Assembly: GCA_964016885.1 (NCBI GenBank)
Contig: OZ024741.1
Span: 105,958,001-106,022,000 of the forward strand
Origin: Eledone cirrhosa
Taxonomy: Eukaryota
Direction of reading: 5' to 3'
DNA length: 64,000 nucleotides
Shown: positions 26,061 through 42,553 of the stretch, piece after piece
How the letters are laid out: each line of letters opens with the position of its first letter
Position numbering within the stretch: the first letter of the stretch is position 1
The notes under the pieces: model-generated
Seen by the model: only the letters and a program-made list of their open reading frames with translations
The model's database searches: none
What the model was told of the DNA's origin: nothing
Position numbers and translations under genes: made by a program

Positions 26061-26939
26061 ACCATCAGAGTTGTCTTTAATTATGTAAGACAAACGCATC
26101 ATAGAATATCAAGGGTTTGGCGATACAGCCCACACCTGTGGCTATATGATTAATGAGCTTCCTTTCAGGAGTCTGGCTATGTGACTCACACCTGGTTATT
26201 TTACCTGACTCTTAGCTTGCTTGGTAAGGAGAGTAATTTTTGGACACCCTGTGGGATGAAAAATAAAACCCAACAAAAGGCAGAGGATCTCAGGTGAGTC
26301 AACAGCCATGTAATATGGGTAGACAGAGCTCGTTAGCCTTAGTTAGCAGTCTGTCTAGAAGGATCACTCTGATTTCAAAACCAGGATAGATGGGACACCA
26401 TGATGACAACCTTTCAAGTGGTCAATGGTTTCAGCCTTGTGATAAAGGTAGATGAGCTGCAACTTGGTAGCCAGATTCAGAGAAATGGTTGCATAAGGAT
26501 TTGTGATCCACCAACTTCACCTTTTTCCCCAATGAGAATTATGGACATTGGTGGAATTGTCCCATGGTTTCCAACCCTGAGGATTGGAAGAGACTTATGG
26601 CTATGTGCCTAAGAAGCTACCTTCAAAACCACATGGTTTCAGGTTCAGTCCCACTGTGTGGCAGTTTCACTAAGTGTCTTTATACTGTAGCTTATGGCTG
26701 CCCAATAGCTTGTGAGAAAAATTGGAAGATGAAATACTGTAGAAAATCTGTCTTGTCCAAGCCATGCCAGAATGGGAAAACAGACATTAAAGCAATGGTG
26801 ATAATAATGAGACCTACTTACCTGTTACAGGTGTGCTCAAATACAACTAGTGGGATGGAGGAGGAGAGGTACAACAACAAAATTAGGGAAATATAAGTAC
26901 TGGTTATTGAATAGAGACAATACAACCTCTCTAGAACTG

Positions 26940-29455
26940 GCACCACAATAAAATACACCTAGTATACTCTGAAGTGGTAGTGCTGGTGCCACAATAAAAT
27001 ACACCCAATAAACACTGTAAAGTGGTAATACTCATGCTATGGTAACGTGCAGCCAGTACACTCTGTAAAGTGATACTGCTGATACTATGGTAACATGCAC
27101 CTAGTACACTCTGTAAAGTGCTGATGTCAATAAAGTACACCCAGTATACACTGTAAAATGGCAGTGCTGATGTCAATAAAATACACCCAGTATACACTGT
27201 AAAATGGCAGTGCTGATGTCAATAAAATACACTCAGTATACACTGTAAAATGGCAGTGCTGATGTCAATAAAGTACACTCAGTATACACTGTAAAGTAGC
27301 AGTGCTGATGTCAATAAAGTACACTCAGTATACACTGTAAAATGGCAGTGCTGATGTCAATAAAATACACCCAGTATACACTGTAAAGAAGCAGTGCTGA
27401 TGTCAATAAAGTACACTCAGTATACACTGTAAAGTAGCAGTGCTGATGTCAATAAAATACACTCAGTATACACTGTAAAATGGCAGTGCTGATGTCAATA
27501 AAATACACCCAGTATACACTGTAAAATGGCAGTGCTGATGTCAATAAAATACACCCAGTATACACTGTAAAGTAGCAGTGCTGATGTCAATAAAATACAC
27601 CCAGTATACACTGTAAAATGGCAGTGCTGATGTCAATAAAATACACTCAGTATACACTGTAAAGTAGCAGTGCTGATGTCAATAAAATACACTCAGTATA
27701 CACTGTAAAGTAGCAGTGCTGATGTCAATAAAATACACTCAGTATACACTGTAAAGTAGCAGTGCTGATGTCAATAAAATACACTCAGTATACACTGTAA
27801 AGTAGCAGTGCTGATGTCAATAAAATACACTCAGTATACACTGTAAAGTAGCAGTGCTGATGTCAATAAAGTACACCCAGTATACACTGTAAAATGGCAG
27901 TGCTGATGTCAATAAAATACACTCAGTATACACTGTAAAGTAGCAGTGCTGATGTCAATAAAATACACCCAGTATACACTGTAAAATGGCAGTGCTGATG
28001 TCAATAAAATACACCCAGTATACACTGTAAAGTAGCAGTGCTGATGTCAATAAAATACACTCAGTATACACTGTAAAGTAGCAGTGCTGATGTCAATAAA
28101 ATACACCCAGTATACACTGTAAAATGGCAGTGCTGATGTCAATAAAGTACACTCAGTATACACTGTAAAGTAGCAGTGCTGATGTCAATAAAATACACCC
28201 AGTATACACTGTAAAGTAGCAGTGCTGATGTCAATAAAGTACACTCAGTATACACTGTAAAGTAGCAGTGCTGATGTCAATAAAATACACCCAGTATACA
28301 CTGTAAAATGGCAGTGCTGATGTCAATAAAATACACTCAGTATACACTGTAAAGTAGCAGTGCTGATGTCAATAAAATACACTCAGTATACACTGTAAAG
28401 TAGCAGTGCTGATGTCAATAAAATACACTCAGTATACACTGTAAAATGGCAGTACTGATGTCAATAAAATACACTCAGTATACACTGTAAAGTAGCAGTG
28501 CTGATGTCAATAAAATACACTCAGTATACACTGTAAAGTAGCAGTGCTGATGTCAATAAAATACACCCAGTATACACTGTAAAATGGCAGTGCTGATGTC
28601 AATAAAGTACACTCAGTATACACTGTAAAGTAGCAGTGCTGATGTCAATAAAATACACCCAGTATACACTGTAAAGTAGCAGTGCTGATGTCAATAAAAT
28701 ACACCCAGTATACACTGTAAAGTAGCAGTGCTGATGTCAATAAAATACACCCAGTATACACTGTAAAGTAGCAGTGCTGATGTCAATAAAATACACCCAG
28801 TATACACTGTAAAGTAGCAGTGCTGATGTCAATAAAATACACCCAGTATACACTGTAAAATGGCAGTGCTGATGTCAATAAAGTACACCCAGTATACACT
28901 GTAAAATGGCAGTGCTGATGTCAATAAAATACACCCAGTATACACTGTAAAATGGCAGTGCTGATGTCAATAAAATACACCCAGTATACACTGTAAAGTA
29001 GCAGTGCTGATGTCAATAAAATACACTCAGTATACACTGTAAAGTAGCAGTGCTGATGTCAATAAAATACACCCAGTATACACTGTAAAGTAGCAGTGCT
29101 GATGTCAATAAAATACACCCAGTATACACTGTAAAATGGCAGTGCTGATATCAATAAAATACACCCAGTATACACTGTAAAGTAGCAGTGCTGATGTCAA
29201 TAAAATACACCCAGTATACACTGTAAAATGGCAGTGCTGATGTCAATAAAATACACCCAGTATACACTGTAAAATGGCAGTGTTTGTGCCATGATAAAAT
29301 ACATCCAGTGCACTGAAAAGTGGTATTGCTGGTGCCATGATAAAATACACACAATACACTCTGTAAGATGGTAGTGCTGGTGTCACAATAAAATACACCC
29401 AGTAGACAGTAATGTAGGAGTGCTGGTGTCATGATATAATACAGTCAATACACAC
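26940..29455. repeat. 46-bp minisatellite; homogeneous core ~27115-29280 (~47 units) with diverged edge units
   Basis: Unit gcagtgctgatgtcaataaaatacacccagtatacactgtaaaatg; the period was measured from 27161 to 27207. Confidence 0.95.
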
Positions 29456-29719
29456 TGAAGTATTTATTTACTCTGTGTATCTTAGTTTTAGAATAGGTGA
29501 ACTGTATACCTGCTTGTCGTAATATGTGACCAAAAGGGATGGAAAGGAATGCACCTAATACATTCTGTTAATTGGTTGATGTTAGGAAGGGCATCATCTG
29601 TAGAAACCATATTAGAATATGGAACATGTGAGCAAGAAATGGTAATCTTGTCTCAGACTGTAATGATCCATTCAACCTATATCAACATGGAAACTGGGTG
29701 TAAGATGAAAAAAAAAAAT

Positions 29720-30060
29720 GATTTCAACATGCTTCAACCCACCCATCTGAATGTCAACCCTAATACTGCCTTCTCTCCATGTGCTAACCTCTCTTGGAGG
29801 GAGTGGGTGTCCTTGAATCGGCTATGTACAGGTCTCAGCAGATTCAATGCAACTATGCACCGATGGGGGCTGTTTCCATCAGTAGCTTACCACTGTGGTT
29901 AGCCAGAGCAAACTGCTCAACATATACTGAGTGAGTGCTTGAATCTCTGCCTATATGAGGATATGGACCTCACACACCTTAATCCCACTACAGTGGGCTG
30001 GTTACAATATCTAAAGGACATCACACACTTGCAACTGTCTCAAAAAGAAAGAAATAGAAG
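29720..30060 (+). mobile_element. I-group (Ingi/Vingi-like) LINE 3' fragment
   Basis: WVSLNRLCTGLSRFNATMHRWGL...CG*PEQTAQHILSEC, a C-terminal CCHC-type motif. A related relic lies at 43130-43760. Confidence 0.6.
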
Positions 30061-31531
30061 TTGAAGAAGACTCATGATACAACAAAATTCTTGTTAATCA
30101 TAACATTTATTAATATTTGGGGTATTTTTACACAGAATCCTTGGCTCAGTATTATTTCTCTAAATTGGTTCTCATGTATCACAAATATGTGGACAAAAAA
30201 AAAACTGAACAAAAATAACTTCTATTAACGTGTATATGAGTATGTTTAGTACTACAACTGTAGCCATGATAAATATATAAGACGTTGATCTAGCTTGGAT
30301 TCTAATGTAAGAGCTGTAAAAGAGAGCAATGGTGGGATGGGCGAGGAAATAAAAATGTACCCAAATAAAAAAAACAAGAAAAATTACAAAACAACATAAA
30401 AGCAAAATACAAATGTTTGGTTATTATAATTTTGTTTGCGTATATGTAGTAGTAGTAATAGTAGTATAACAATGTGAAACATTCAGTCTGTTTATATATC
30501 AATGCATGTATATATAGCATGTTTATGTGTAAAGCAAAACAAAGTGTTTGATATATATCTGTTTTTATGTGTACATGTGTTTGTGTATTTTTTTGTGTGT
30601 GTATAAAAACTATCTTGGATTACACATACTGTATTGCCATTTCATACTGTATGTATGTTATATATTATACAAGTGATGATAATTTTGTATCATATATATA
30701 TATATATATATATATATAGTGTGTGTGTTCACTGGATTTTCACAAACATGGAAGCATTTGCCTGCAACTTAATATAATTGTTAACATCTGATGATGTCAT
30801 GCTAGGGCTGGTTGCTGTTGTAATGATCGCATAAGAGCTCCACACTGGTGTCACTGAGATATGTATTAACCAATAAAGACAATTATATAATATCTGTCTT
30901 AACATTTATTTCATACATGGGAACTCCACCATGTTTGATTGCCCCCATTATCCTGGATAGATACATGGAGTGCTCCAACGTATTTATATCTGTTTATCAA
31001 TGAGACATTGCAACAACTCTTATAGATAAGCAATTATATATATATATATATCACCGTTTTACGTCCATTCTTCCATGCTAGCATGGGTTAGACGGGTTGT
31101 CCTGTTGTGAGCAGTGTCCGGTCGGCTGACCTTGTCTTGTTCATACAGGAACTGATTCTGGCTTGATTTCTACAGCTGCATGCCCTTCCTAACACCAACC
31201 TTATTTACAGTGAGTGCTGGGTGCTTTTTTGCCATGGCATCTCCACGACCACTTTGGAGTGGAATGATATGGACCCTAGTCCTATCATCTCATTTCTACA
31301 GCTGAGTAAACTGGAGCAATGTGAAATAAAGTGTCTTGCTCAAGGAAACAACACATCACTCGGTCCAAGAAATGAACTCACAACCTTTCGATTGCAAGCC
31401 CAATGTTCTAACCACTAAGCCATGTGCCTTCATATATATGGTGTCCTAAAAATGTATACACACTTTGATTACCTGTACAGGTAATATTTATTAGAATGCT
31501 ATTGAAGTGTATATACTTTTTTGGGGGACAT

Positions 31532-31612
<81 letters not shown>

Positions 31613-32241
31613 GCGCACACACACATATATGAATAATAATTGTTTCTACTTTTGGCACAAGGCCAGCAATTATCCAGTACATTACTGGTACTTTATTTTA
31701 TCGACCCCGTAAGGATGGAAGGCAAAGTTGACCTCGGCGGGATTTAAACTCAGAATGGAAAGGGCCGTAACTCTATGCGTCAAAGCAGGACCATGGGTGT
31801 ACGGAGTATATATATATATATATATAATTTATCATTCATATATTTATTTACTGTGTTGTCCCAGTTTTAGAATAGGTAAACTGCCATGCCTGCTTTTCAT
31901 AAGAACTGGCCGGAAGGGATGGAAATACAGAGGGCATCCGGCTGTAAAACATTGCCTCTAGGAGAGAAAGCATGTCTTAAAAGGCCCTGGGAGGCTAACC
32001 TTCACTTTAGATGGGATAATGACCTTAAAACGTTTGTTGTAACATATGTATGTATATTTATATATAGACCCTTTATTTTGTGGTTATTAGCCCCCATTGG
32101 TTTTATCCTGCTCCCTAAGTTGAATAATTTTTTGCTACCCCAATATTCTGTCTAATATGGAGATATAATTAAGTGTTGAAGAGTGAGCACAGATAAGTTA
32201 CTATTGGCTGCTTTTAGTGCCACGGAAGTATGGATAAATTC

Positions 32242-32416
<175 letters not shown>

Positions 32417-32443
32417 TATATACACACATATATATATACACAC

Positions 32444-32638
<195 letters not shown>

Positions 32639-32677
32639 TATATATATATATATACACATATATATATATATATATAT

Positions 32678-32737
<60 letters not shown>

Positions 32738-32867
32738 TATATACACATATATATATATATATACACATATATATATATATATATATACACATATATATAT
32801 ATATATATACACATATATATATACACACATATATATATATATATACACATATATATATATATACACA

Positions 32868-33259
32868 TAGATTTTGAGTTTATGTTGGTTGTATACCAAC
32901 ACCTCAGTATGCAGGCTGGAGCACTCGACGAAGTGCGCAGGTTGGTTTGGTTACTCCGGAGTAGTGTAAAATAAAGTTAAATAAAAGTCAAATGATTAAA
33001 ATTTAGCTTCGTTTATTACTGCTATATATATTTCAGTGACAGCCATCTTTGGCTGTGACCTCTTCAGGCAGTTTGAATTAGTATGGTATAGACAAGTACA
33101 TATGTTGTTTAGGTGTATGATATTGTCAATACTCTGATATGCCCAGTTCCTTGTTGGGTTGTTAATTCACTGGGGAACTGGAGTCATATGACTCCAGTTC
33201 CCCAGTGAATTAACAACCCAACAAGGAACTGGGCATATCAGAGTATTGACAATATCATA
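32868..33259 (-). mobile_element. Penelope-like element pLTR fragment with inverted (palindromic) end, inserted in (TA)n
   Basis: Contains a minimal hammerhead motif followed by AATAAA and a terminal inverted duplication, all known features of PLE termini. No RT or GIY-YIG coding sequence is visible. Confidence 0.6.
33018..33072 (-). ncRNA. Type I minimal hammerhead ribozyme
   Basis: Minus strand: ACUGC-CUGAAGA-G GUCACAGCC aaagau GGCUGUCAC U-GAAA-UAUAUAUA-GCAGU. It has a 5-bp stem I, a stem II with one mismatch, a palindromic mini stem III and an intact catalytic core; predicted cleavage after AUA. Confidence 0.8.
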
Positions 33260-33308
33260 TATATATATACATATATATATATACATATATACATATACAT
33301 ATATATAC

Positions 33309-33389
<81 letters not shown>

Positions 33390-33406
33390 CACATATATAT
33401 ATATAC

Positions 33407-33485
<79 letters not shown>

Positions 33486-33896
33486 CATACATATATATAT
33501 ATATACATACATATATATATATATACATACATATATACATACATATATATATACATACATATATATATACATATATATATACATATATATACATATATAC
33601 ATATATACATATATATACATATATACATATACATATATATATACATATATATATATACATATATATACATATACATATATATACATATATATATATACAT
33701 ATACATATATATACATATATATATATACATATATATATATATACATATATATATATACATATATATATATACATATATATACATATATATATATACATAT
33801 ATATATATATACATATATATATATACATATATATATATACATATATACATATATATATACATACATATATATATATATACATATATACATATATAC

Positions 33897-33945
<49 letters not shown>

Positions 33946-33946
33946 C

Positions 33947-33993
<47 letters not shown>

Positions 33994-34315
33994 CATATAT
34001 ATATATACATATATATATATACATATATATATATACATATACATATATATATATACATATATATATATACATATATATATATACATATATATATATACAT
34101 ATATATATATACATATATATATATACATATATATATATACATATATATACATACATATATATACATATATATATATACATATATATATATACATATATAT
34201 ATATACATATATATATATACATATATATATATACATATATATATATACATATATATATATACATATATATATATACATATATATATATACATATATATAT
34301 ATACATATACATATA

Positions 34316-34347
<32 letters not shown>

Positions 34348-34378
34348 CATATACATATATATATATATATATATATAC

Positions 34379-34409
<31 letters not shown>

Positions 34410-34521
34410 ACATATACATATATATATATACATATATATATATACATATATATATATATACATATATATATATACATATATATATATATACATATATATA
34501 TATACATATATATATACATAC

Positions 34522-34586
<65 letters not shown>

Positions 34587-34643
34587 CATATATATATATA
34601 CATATATATATATACATATATATATATACATATATATATATAC

Positions 34644-34690
<47 letters not shown>

Positions 34691-34891
34691 CATATATATA
34701 TATACATATATATATATATACATATATATATATACATATATATATATACATATATATATATACATATATATATATACATATATATATATACATATATACA
34801 TATACATATATACATATATACATATATATACATACATATATATATATACATATATATATATACATATATATATATACATATATATATATAC

Positions 34892-34938
<47 letters not shown>

Positions 34939-34967
34939 CATATATATATATACATATATATATATAC

Positions 34968-35017
<50 letters not shown>

Positions 35018-35051
35018 ATATACATATATACATATATATATATACATATAC

Positions 35052-35098
<47 letters not shown>

Positions 35099-35257
35099 CA
35101 TATATATATATACATATATATATATACATATATATATATACATATATATATATATATTACATATATACATATACATATATATATATACAATATATATATA
35201 TACATATATATATATACATATATATATATACATATATATATATACATATATATATAC

Positions 35258-35362
<105 letters not shown>

Positions 35363-35444
35363 CATATATATACATATATATACATATATATATATATATA
35401 TACATATATATACATATATATACATATATATACATATATATACA

Positions 35445-35478
<34 letters not shown>

Positions 35479-35671
35479 CATATATACATACATATATATA
35501 CATATATATACATACATATATATATATATACATATATATATACATATATATATATATATAACATATATATATACATATATATACATATATACATATATAT
35601 ACATACATATATATATATATATATACATATATACATATATATACATACATATATATATATATAATATATAC

Positions 35672-35742
<71 letters not shown>

Positions 35743-36021
35743 CATATATATACATACATATATATATATATATATATACATATATATATACATACATATA
35801 TATATATATAATACATACATATATATATATACTATATATACATATATACATATATATACATACATATATATATATATATATACATATATATATACATATA
35901 TACACATATATACATATACATATATACATATACATACATACATACATATATATATATACATATATATATATACATATATATATATACATATATATATATA
36001 CATATATATATATACATATAC

Positions 36022-36100
<79 letters not shown>

Positions 36101-36111
36101 CATATATATAC

Positions 36112-36142
<31 letters not shown>

Positions 36143-36153
36143 CATATATATAC

Positions 36154-36286
<133 letters not shown>

Positions 36287-36343
36287 CATATATATACATA
36301 TATATATATACATATATATATATATACATATATATATATACAC

Positions 36344-36374
<31 letters not shown>

Positions 36375-37000
36375 CATATATATATATACATATATATATA
36401 CATATATATATACATATATATATACATATATATATACATATATATATACATATATATATACATATATATATATACATATATATATATACATATATATATA
36501 TACATATATATATATACATATATATATATACATATATATATATACATATATATATATACATATATATATATACATATATATATATACATATATATATATA
36601 CATATATATATATACATATATATATATACATATATATATATACATATATATATATACATATATATATATACATATATATATATACATATATATATATACA
36701 TATATATATATACATATATATATATACATATATATATATACATATATATATATACATATATATATATACATATATATATATACATATATATATATACATA
36801 TATATATATACATATATATATATACATATATACATATATACATATATATATATACATATATATATATACATATATATATATACATATATATATATACATA
36901 TATATATACATATATATATATACATATATATATATACATATATATATATACATATATATATATACATATATATATATACATATATATATATACATATACA

Positions 37001-37228
<228 letters not shown>

Positions 37229-37294
37229 CAATATATATATATATATATATACATATATATACATATACATATATATATATATACATATATACAT

Positions 37295-37341
<47 letters not shown>

Positions 37342-38572
37342 CATATATACATATACATATATATATATACATATACATATATATATATACACACATATAT
37401 ATATACACACACACACATATATATACACACACACACATATATACACACACACACATATATACACACACACACATATATACACACACACACATATATACAC
37501 ACACACACATATATACACACACACACATATATATACACACACACATATATATACACACACACATATATATACACACACATATATATATACACACATATAT
37601 ATATATACACACATATATATATATACACACATATATATATATACACACATATATATATACACACATATATATATATATACACACATATATATATATATAC
37701 ACACATATATATATATATACACACATATATATATATATACACACATATATATATATATACACACATATATAAATATATACACACATATATATATATAAAT
37801 ACATATATATATATAAATATATACACATATATATATCTATACACACATATATATATCTATACACACATATATATATCTATACACACATATATATATCTAT
37901 ACACACATATATATATCTATACACACATATATATATCTATACACACATATATATATACACACATATATATATACACACATATATATATATATACACACAT
38001 ATATATATATATACACACATATATATATATATACAACTATATATATATATATACACATATATATATATATACACATATATATATATATACACATATATAT
38101 ATATATACACATATATATATATATACACATATATATATATACACATATATATATATACACATATATATATATACACACACATATATATATATACACACAT
38201 ATATATATACACACATATATATATACACACATATATATATACACACATATATATATATACACACATATATATATATACACACATATATATATACACACAT
38301 ATATATATACACACATATATATATACACACATATATATATATACACACATATATATATATATACACATATATATATATATACACACATATATATATATAT
38401 ACACATATATATATATATACACATATATATATATATACACACATATATATATATATACACATATATATATATATACACATATATATATATATACACATAT
38501 ATATATATATATACACATATATATATATATATACACATATATATATATATACACATATATATATATATACAC

Positions 38573-38605
<33 letters not shown>

Positions 38606-38723
38606 TATATATAATATATATATATACACATATACATATATATACATATACATATATATATATATACATATATATATACATATACATATATATACATATA
38701 TATATACATATACATATATATAC

Positions 38724-38808
<85 letters not shown>

Positions 38809-39007
38809 CACATATATATATATACACATATATATACATATATATATATACACATATATATATATACACATATATATACATATACACATATATATATATA
38901 TATATATACACATATATATATATATATATACACACATATATATACACATATATATACACACATATATATATATATATATATACACATATATATATATACA
39001 CATACAC

Positions 39008-39045
<38 letters not shown>

Positions 39046-39309
39046 CACTCATGTTAATATATATCAAAACATCTCATTATATAATAAGGAGATTATAATT
39101 GATCGAATCAGGTAAAAAGACTAATTATATAGAGGAAGGGAAGCGAAGGGATATAGTCAATTGAATGAAGTCCCAGTGTATTACTGGTACTTGGATTGAC
39201 CATGCAAGTAAATAGAGTGCAAAGTTAACTAATTGAGATTTAAATTTGAAACTACAAAGTGGCAAACACTAATGCCCTATTCATTATAATATCAACAAAT
39301 AATAATAAT

Positions 39310-39615
39310 AATTAAAAAGGATTTGGAACTGCCATGAAGTCAAAGTGATCCCGATTGTCATAGGCGAACTGGGGACTATCTCAAAAAGTTTCCAGGGATG
39401 GTTAAAGAAAATTGGCCCCTTCACAAGGCATGCTTGCTGGGAACAGCAAGAACCCTCCGATACGTCCTGAATATCCGAGGCTGCAGGTAGTGGCTTGATA
39501 TTCATTTCAACAAACTTTCCAGTTAACTAACATCAATGACTGAGACTCAAAGAGTAATAATAATAATAATAATAATAATCACAATAATAATAATCACAAT
39601 AATAATAATAGCAAT
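39310..39615 (+). mobile_element. R4/Dong-like (RLE) retrotransposon 3' fragment with (TAA)n tail
   Basis: LKRIWNCHEVKVIPIVIGELGTISKSF...KACLLGTARTLRYVLNI. Minus-strand relatives lie at ~50330-50690 and ~53720-53870. Confidence 0.65.
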
Positions 39616-40146
39616 AACTCCCACATAGCAGTGGCATTTCATTTTTTAGTGACAAAGAATAATGAAACTTAAAATAATTGAAATAACTAATTAGCATAAT
39701 TACTTTTTCTTTAATTTTCATTTTAAAAATAAACAGCAACAAGAAAAATAAACATTTAAGGATGGTTTCTGTTGATAAATTTAAATGTATGAAAAGACAT
39801 GAATGAAATTGTGTATGGATATTTGGTTGGTGGTGGGGGTGATTGTATTTTTATCATCAATACTACACACACACACACACACACACACACATTCCACAGA
39901 GTTACACAATTATTAGTCAAAGTGAGGTATTTTTCACCAAAAAGTGGTCAATAAATATTAGGATTTATCAATTATTTTTTGGGGCATGGGGTGGTTGTCA
40001 TAAGCCGAGAGACACATACACAGCCTTTAAACATATATACACACTGTAGAATCAAAGGATACCCACGCATATAGAGATATATATATTATATATATATATA
40101 TGGTGAAAGCAGCGATTCTTTGCTTAAACTTTAATCTGTTATTTTA

Positions 40147-40189
<43 letters not shown>

Positions 40190-41257
40190 CAAAGAATACA
40201 TACATTTTAAACTAGATTTATAAAAAAAATTAATTGTAGAAATACTTGTAACCCTCCTTATCTTTAGGTCAACAGCAGAAATGCCTTTTCTAAATATGGT
40301 ATTTACTGCACCCCATCACCACCTCAAATCAGCCCTATATTATTTAGTTTGAAGTCTTTAACTAATACCTTTTTCTAAATAAAGAATTTAACAGTCCTCT
40401 TGTAAGAACATTTGATCCACCACTCACACCCCTTTTCCCCGAGCTATGTTCTCATGCCTTTCTCCATGTTATCTTTCTTTCTAATTTAGGCTCAAAGCCA
40501 GCAAATTTGGGAAAGGGCAAAGTTGACATCAGTGGAATTTGAACTGAGAATGTAAAGTACCAGAACAAATATAGTAATAGCATTTTATCAAATGCACTAC
40601 CAGTTCTACCAATCAACCATCTACCTTTTTCTCATTTATATTAATTTACCTCATAAGCTCTAAATATTTTCTAGATGAAGAATAATAAAACAAGAGCTCA
40701 GTAGTTGAGTTTGAGCATGTATCATGTAAGTGGTTTGTTGCTGTTGTTTGTCCTTCAGAGTTGAAGATGACCTCACAACTTCAATGTTAGGTGCAGGATA
40801 TTTGGCTGTGGGTATGGATGTGACTGGTGAAGTCAATCCAGGCCCTGCAGCACTTACTCACATGTGGTTAAGTACTGCAATGACCTTGCATATGGAGCAC
40901 TTCCCCCGAGCCTCTATAATGCATCTGGTTTCTGCTGCACATGATCCCTTAAAGATTTTGCTTTGCCATCTAAGGCAATCCAGGGCAAGTGATTCCTAGA
41001 TATTGATTTTGAGGTTTTTGAGGAACATTTTGTCTTTAAATGTTATTTACTGCTAGTAAATCACTCATCTGTAAACTAGTCCTGCCCACTCCCTCCTATT
41101 TCACATAGAAGCCAAACTGGTTATGGTGGAGGTCTCATAATGATAAAGTGAATGTCAGTTCGATTCCAGGATGGGAGCATTGCATTCTTGAGCAAAATAT
41201 TTCATTTGACATTGGCCACTCAGTGTACCAACAGACTGGCATTATGTCTAAACAAAG

Positions 41258-41442
41258 GTACGGTGGATTGGCAGTATCGGTAGAGGGTCGGACGCCATGC
41301 TTTCCAGCATAGTTACGTCCCTTTACGATCTGAGTTCAAATCCCGCCGAGGTTGACTTTGCCTTTCATCCTTACGGGGTCGATAAAATAAAGTACCAGTA
41401 ATGCGCTGGGTAATTGCTGGCCTTGTGCCTAAAGTAGAAACA
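41258..41442 (+). mobile_element. Young full-length tRNA-derived SINE with 17-bp TSD
   Basis: A-box-like tggcagtatcgg, B-box gagttcaaatcc, core gcctttcatccttacggggtcgataaaataaagtacc. TSD attatgtctaaacaaag at 41241-41257 and 41443-41459. Many relatives, e.g. 11485-11715, 22257-22485, 31635-31790, 42898-43085. Confidence 0.88.
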
Positions 41443-42495
41443 ATTATGTCTAAACAAAGAGTCCCATACTCTCATGGAACCAGGATAAACTCTGGGCTGA
41501 TTAACATCTAGCTTCAAGAAAGACTTTAATTTCACATTTTCTGCACTTTTTATATTTTATAAAACAATAATTATGGTTCACACATCATTTTGATATTGTC
41601 ACTGGCATATATGACTGCTTTCTCTCTCAATACACACATACCTGAGCACTGTACACAATAATTATCATTATTATTATTACTTTATATATGTATATAGTCA
41701 ATTCAATAAGTTGATTAAAAAATATACACAGATATACATGTACGTACCCACAGATACATATACACACATACCTACCTATATATAAATATATGTATCTATA
41801 TATACTTGTCATATACATATATATACATACATATACATACATATACATACATACATACATACATACATACATACACACACACCTACATACATGTCTTAAC
41901 AAGAGATCTAGCAATGACTGGAAATATTGAAAACAATATTAAAAAGTATAAAGTGATCTGTCTGATGTATAAAGTTTGAAATATGACAAATGAAAACAAA
42001 TAAATTACCAAATAACTTGCTAGATTTAAATTTTTTCTTTTAAAAATAAAAAAAATGCCAACATATTTTACTCAATTAAGTAAATGTTCCCTAGTGTCCA
42101 AAAATTCTACTTCAAATTTTTTTTCTCCCTTTCAATAGTTTGTGGATGTATTTTTGGTCAGATTTTATTCATATCAGATGAAATTGTTTTGAATATATTT
42201 TCTCCATATGTTTCTATGTTTATTTATTGTTTTTGTTTTAATTGTTTTATTTTGCTTGTTTCGCCGTAGTGAAAAACCATTTGTTTGCAACAATACTAAT
42301 AACAATAATAATGAAACACCACACACATTGATGAAAATGAGTTCAGTTAGACTGCAGTGATTTGCAGTGTGATGTGTGTGGTGTGATATGTGTGATGTGT
42401 GAAGGGACATGTGACATGATGTGATGCAATGCAATGGTAGTATGTTGCAATTGTGTAATGAGGCAACACCAATATATGAGCTTCCAGCGAGGAAT

Positions 42496-42553
42496 TCAAG
42501 AGGTTTCGATGACTTGGTTTGTACCGCAGGAATATTCTATCCAATTTGGTAAA
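42496..42553 (-). CDS. tim: Timeless (tim1-type), predicted last coding exon
   Basis: Acceptor ttctcgtttcag|, phase matches the previous exon, reads LPNWIEYSCGTNQVIETS*. No homology support in this tail. Confidence 0.6.

Noticed and set aside
27115-29280. Regular array resembling a CRISPR locus
   Set aside because: The units are contiguous with no unique spacers, there are no cas genes and the context is eukaryotic; it is a minisatellite. The same applies to the 31-bp (5400-5745) and 35-bp (54650-55120) arrays.
41258-41350. tRNA gene
   Set aside because: A/B boxes are present, but the sequence continues into a multi-copy SINE body with a TSD and no full cloverleaf is evident.
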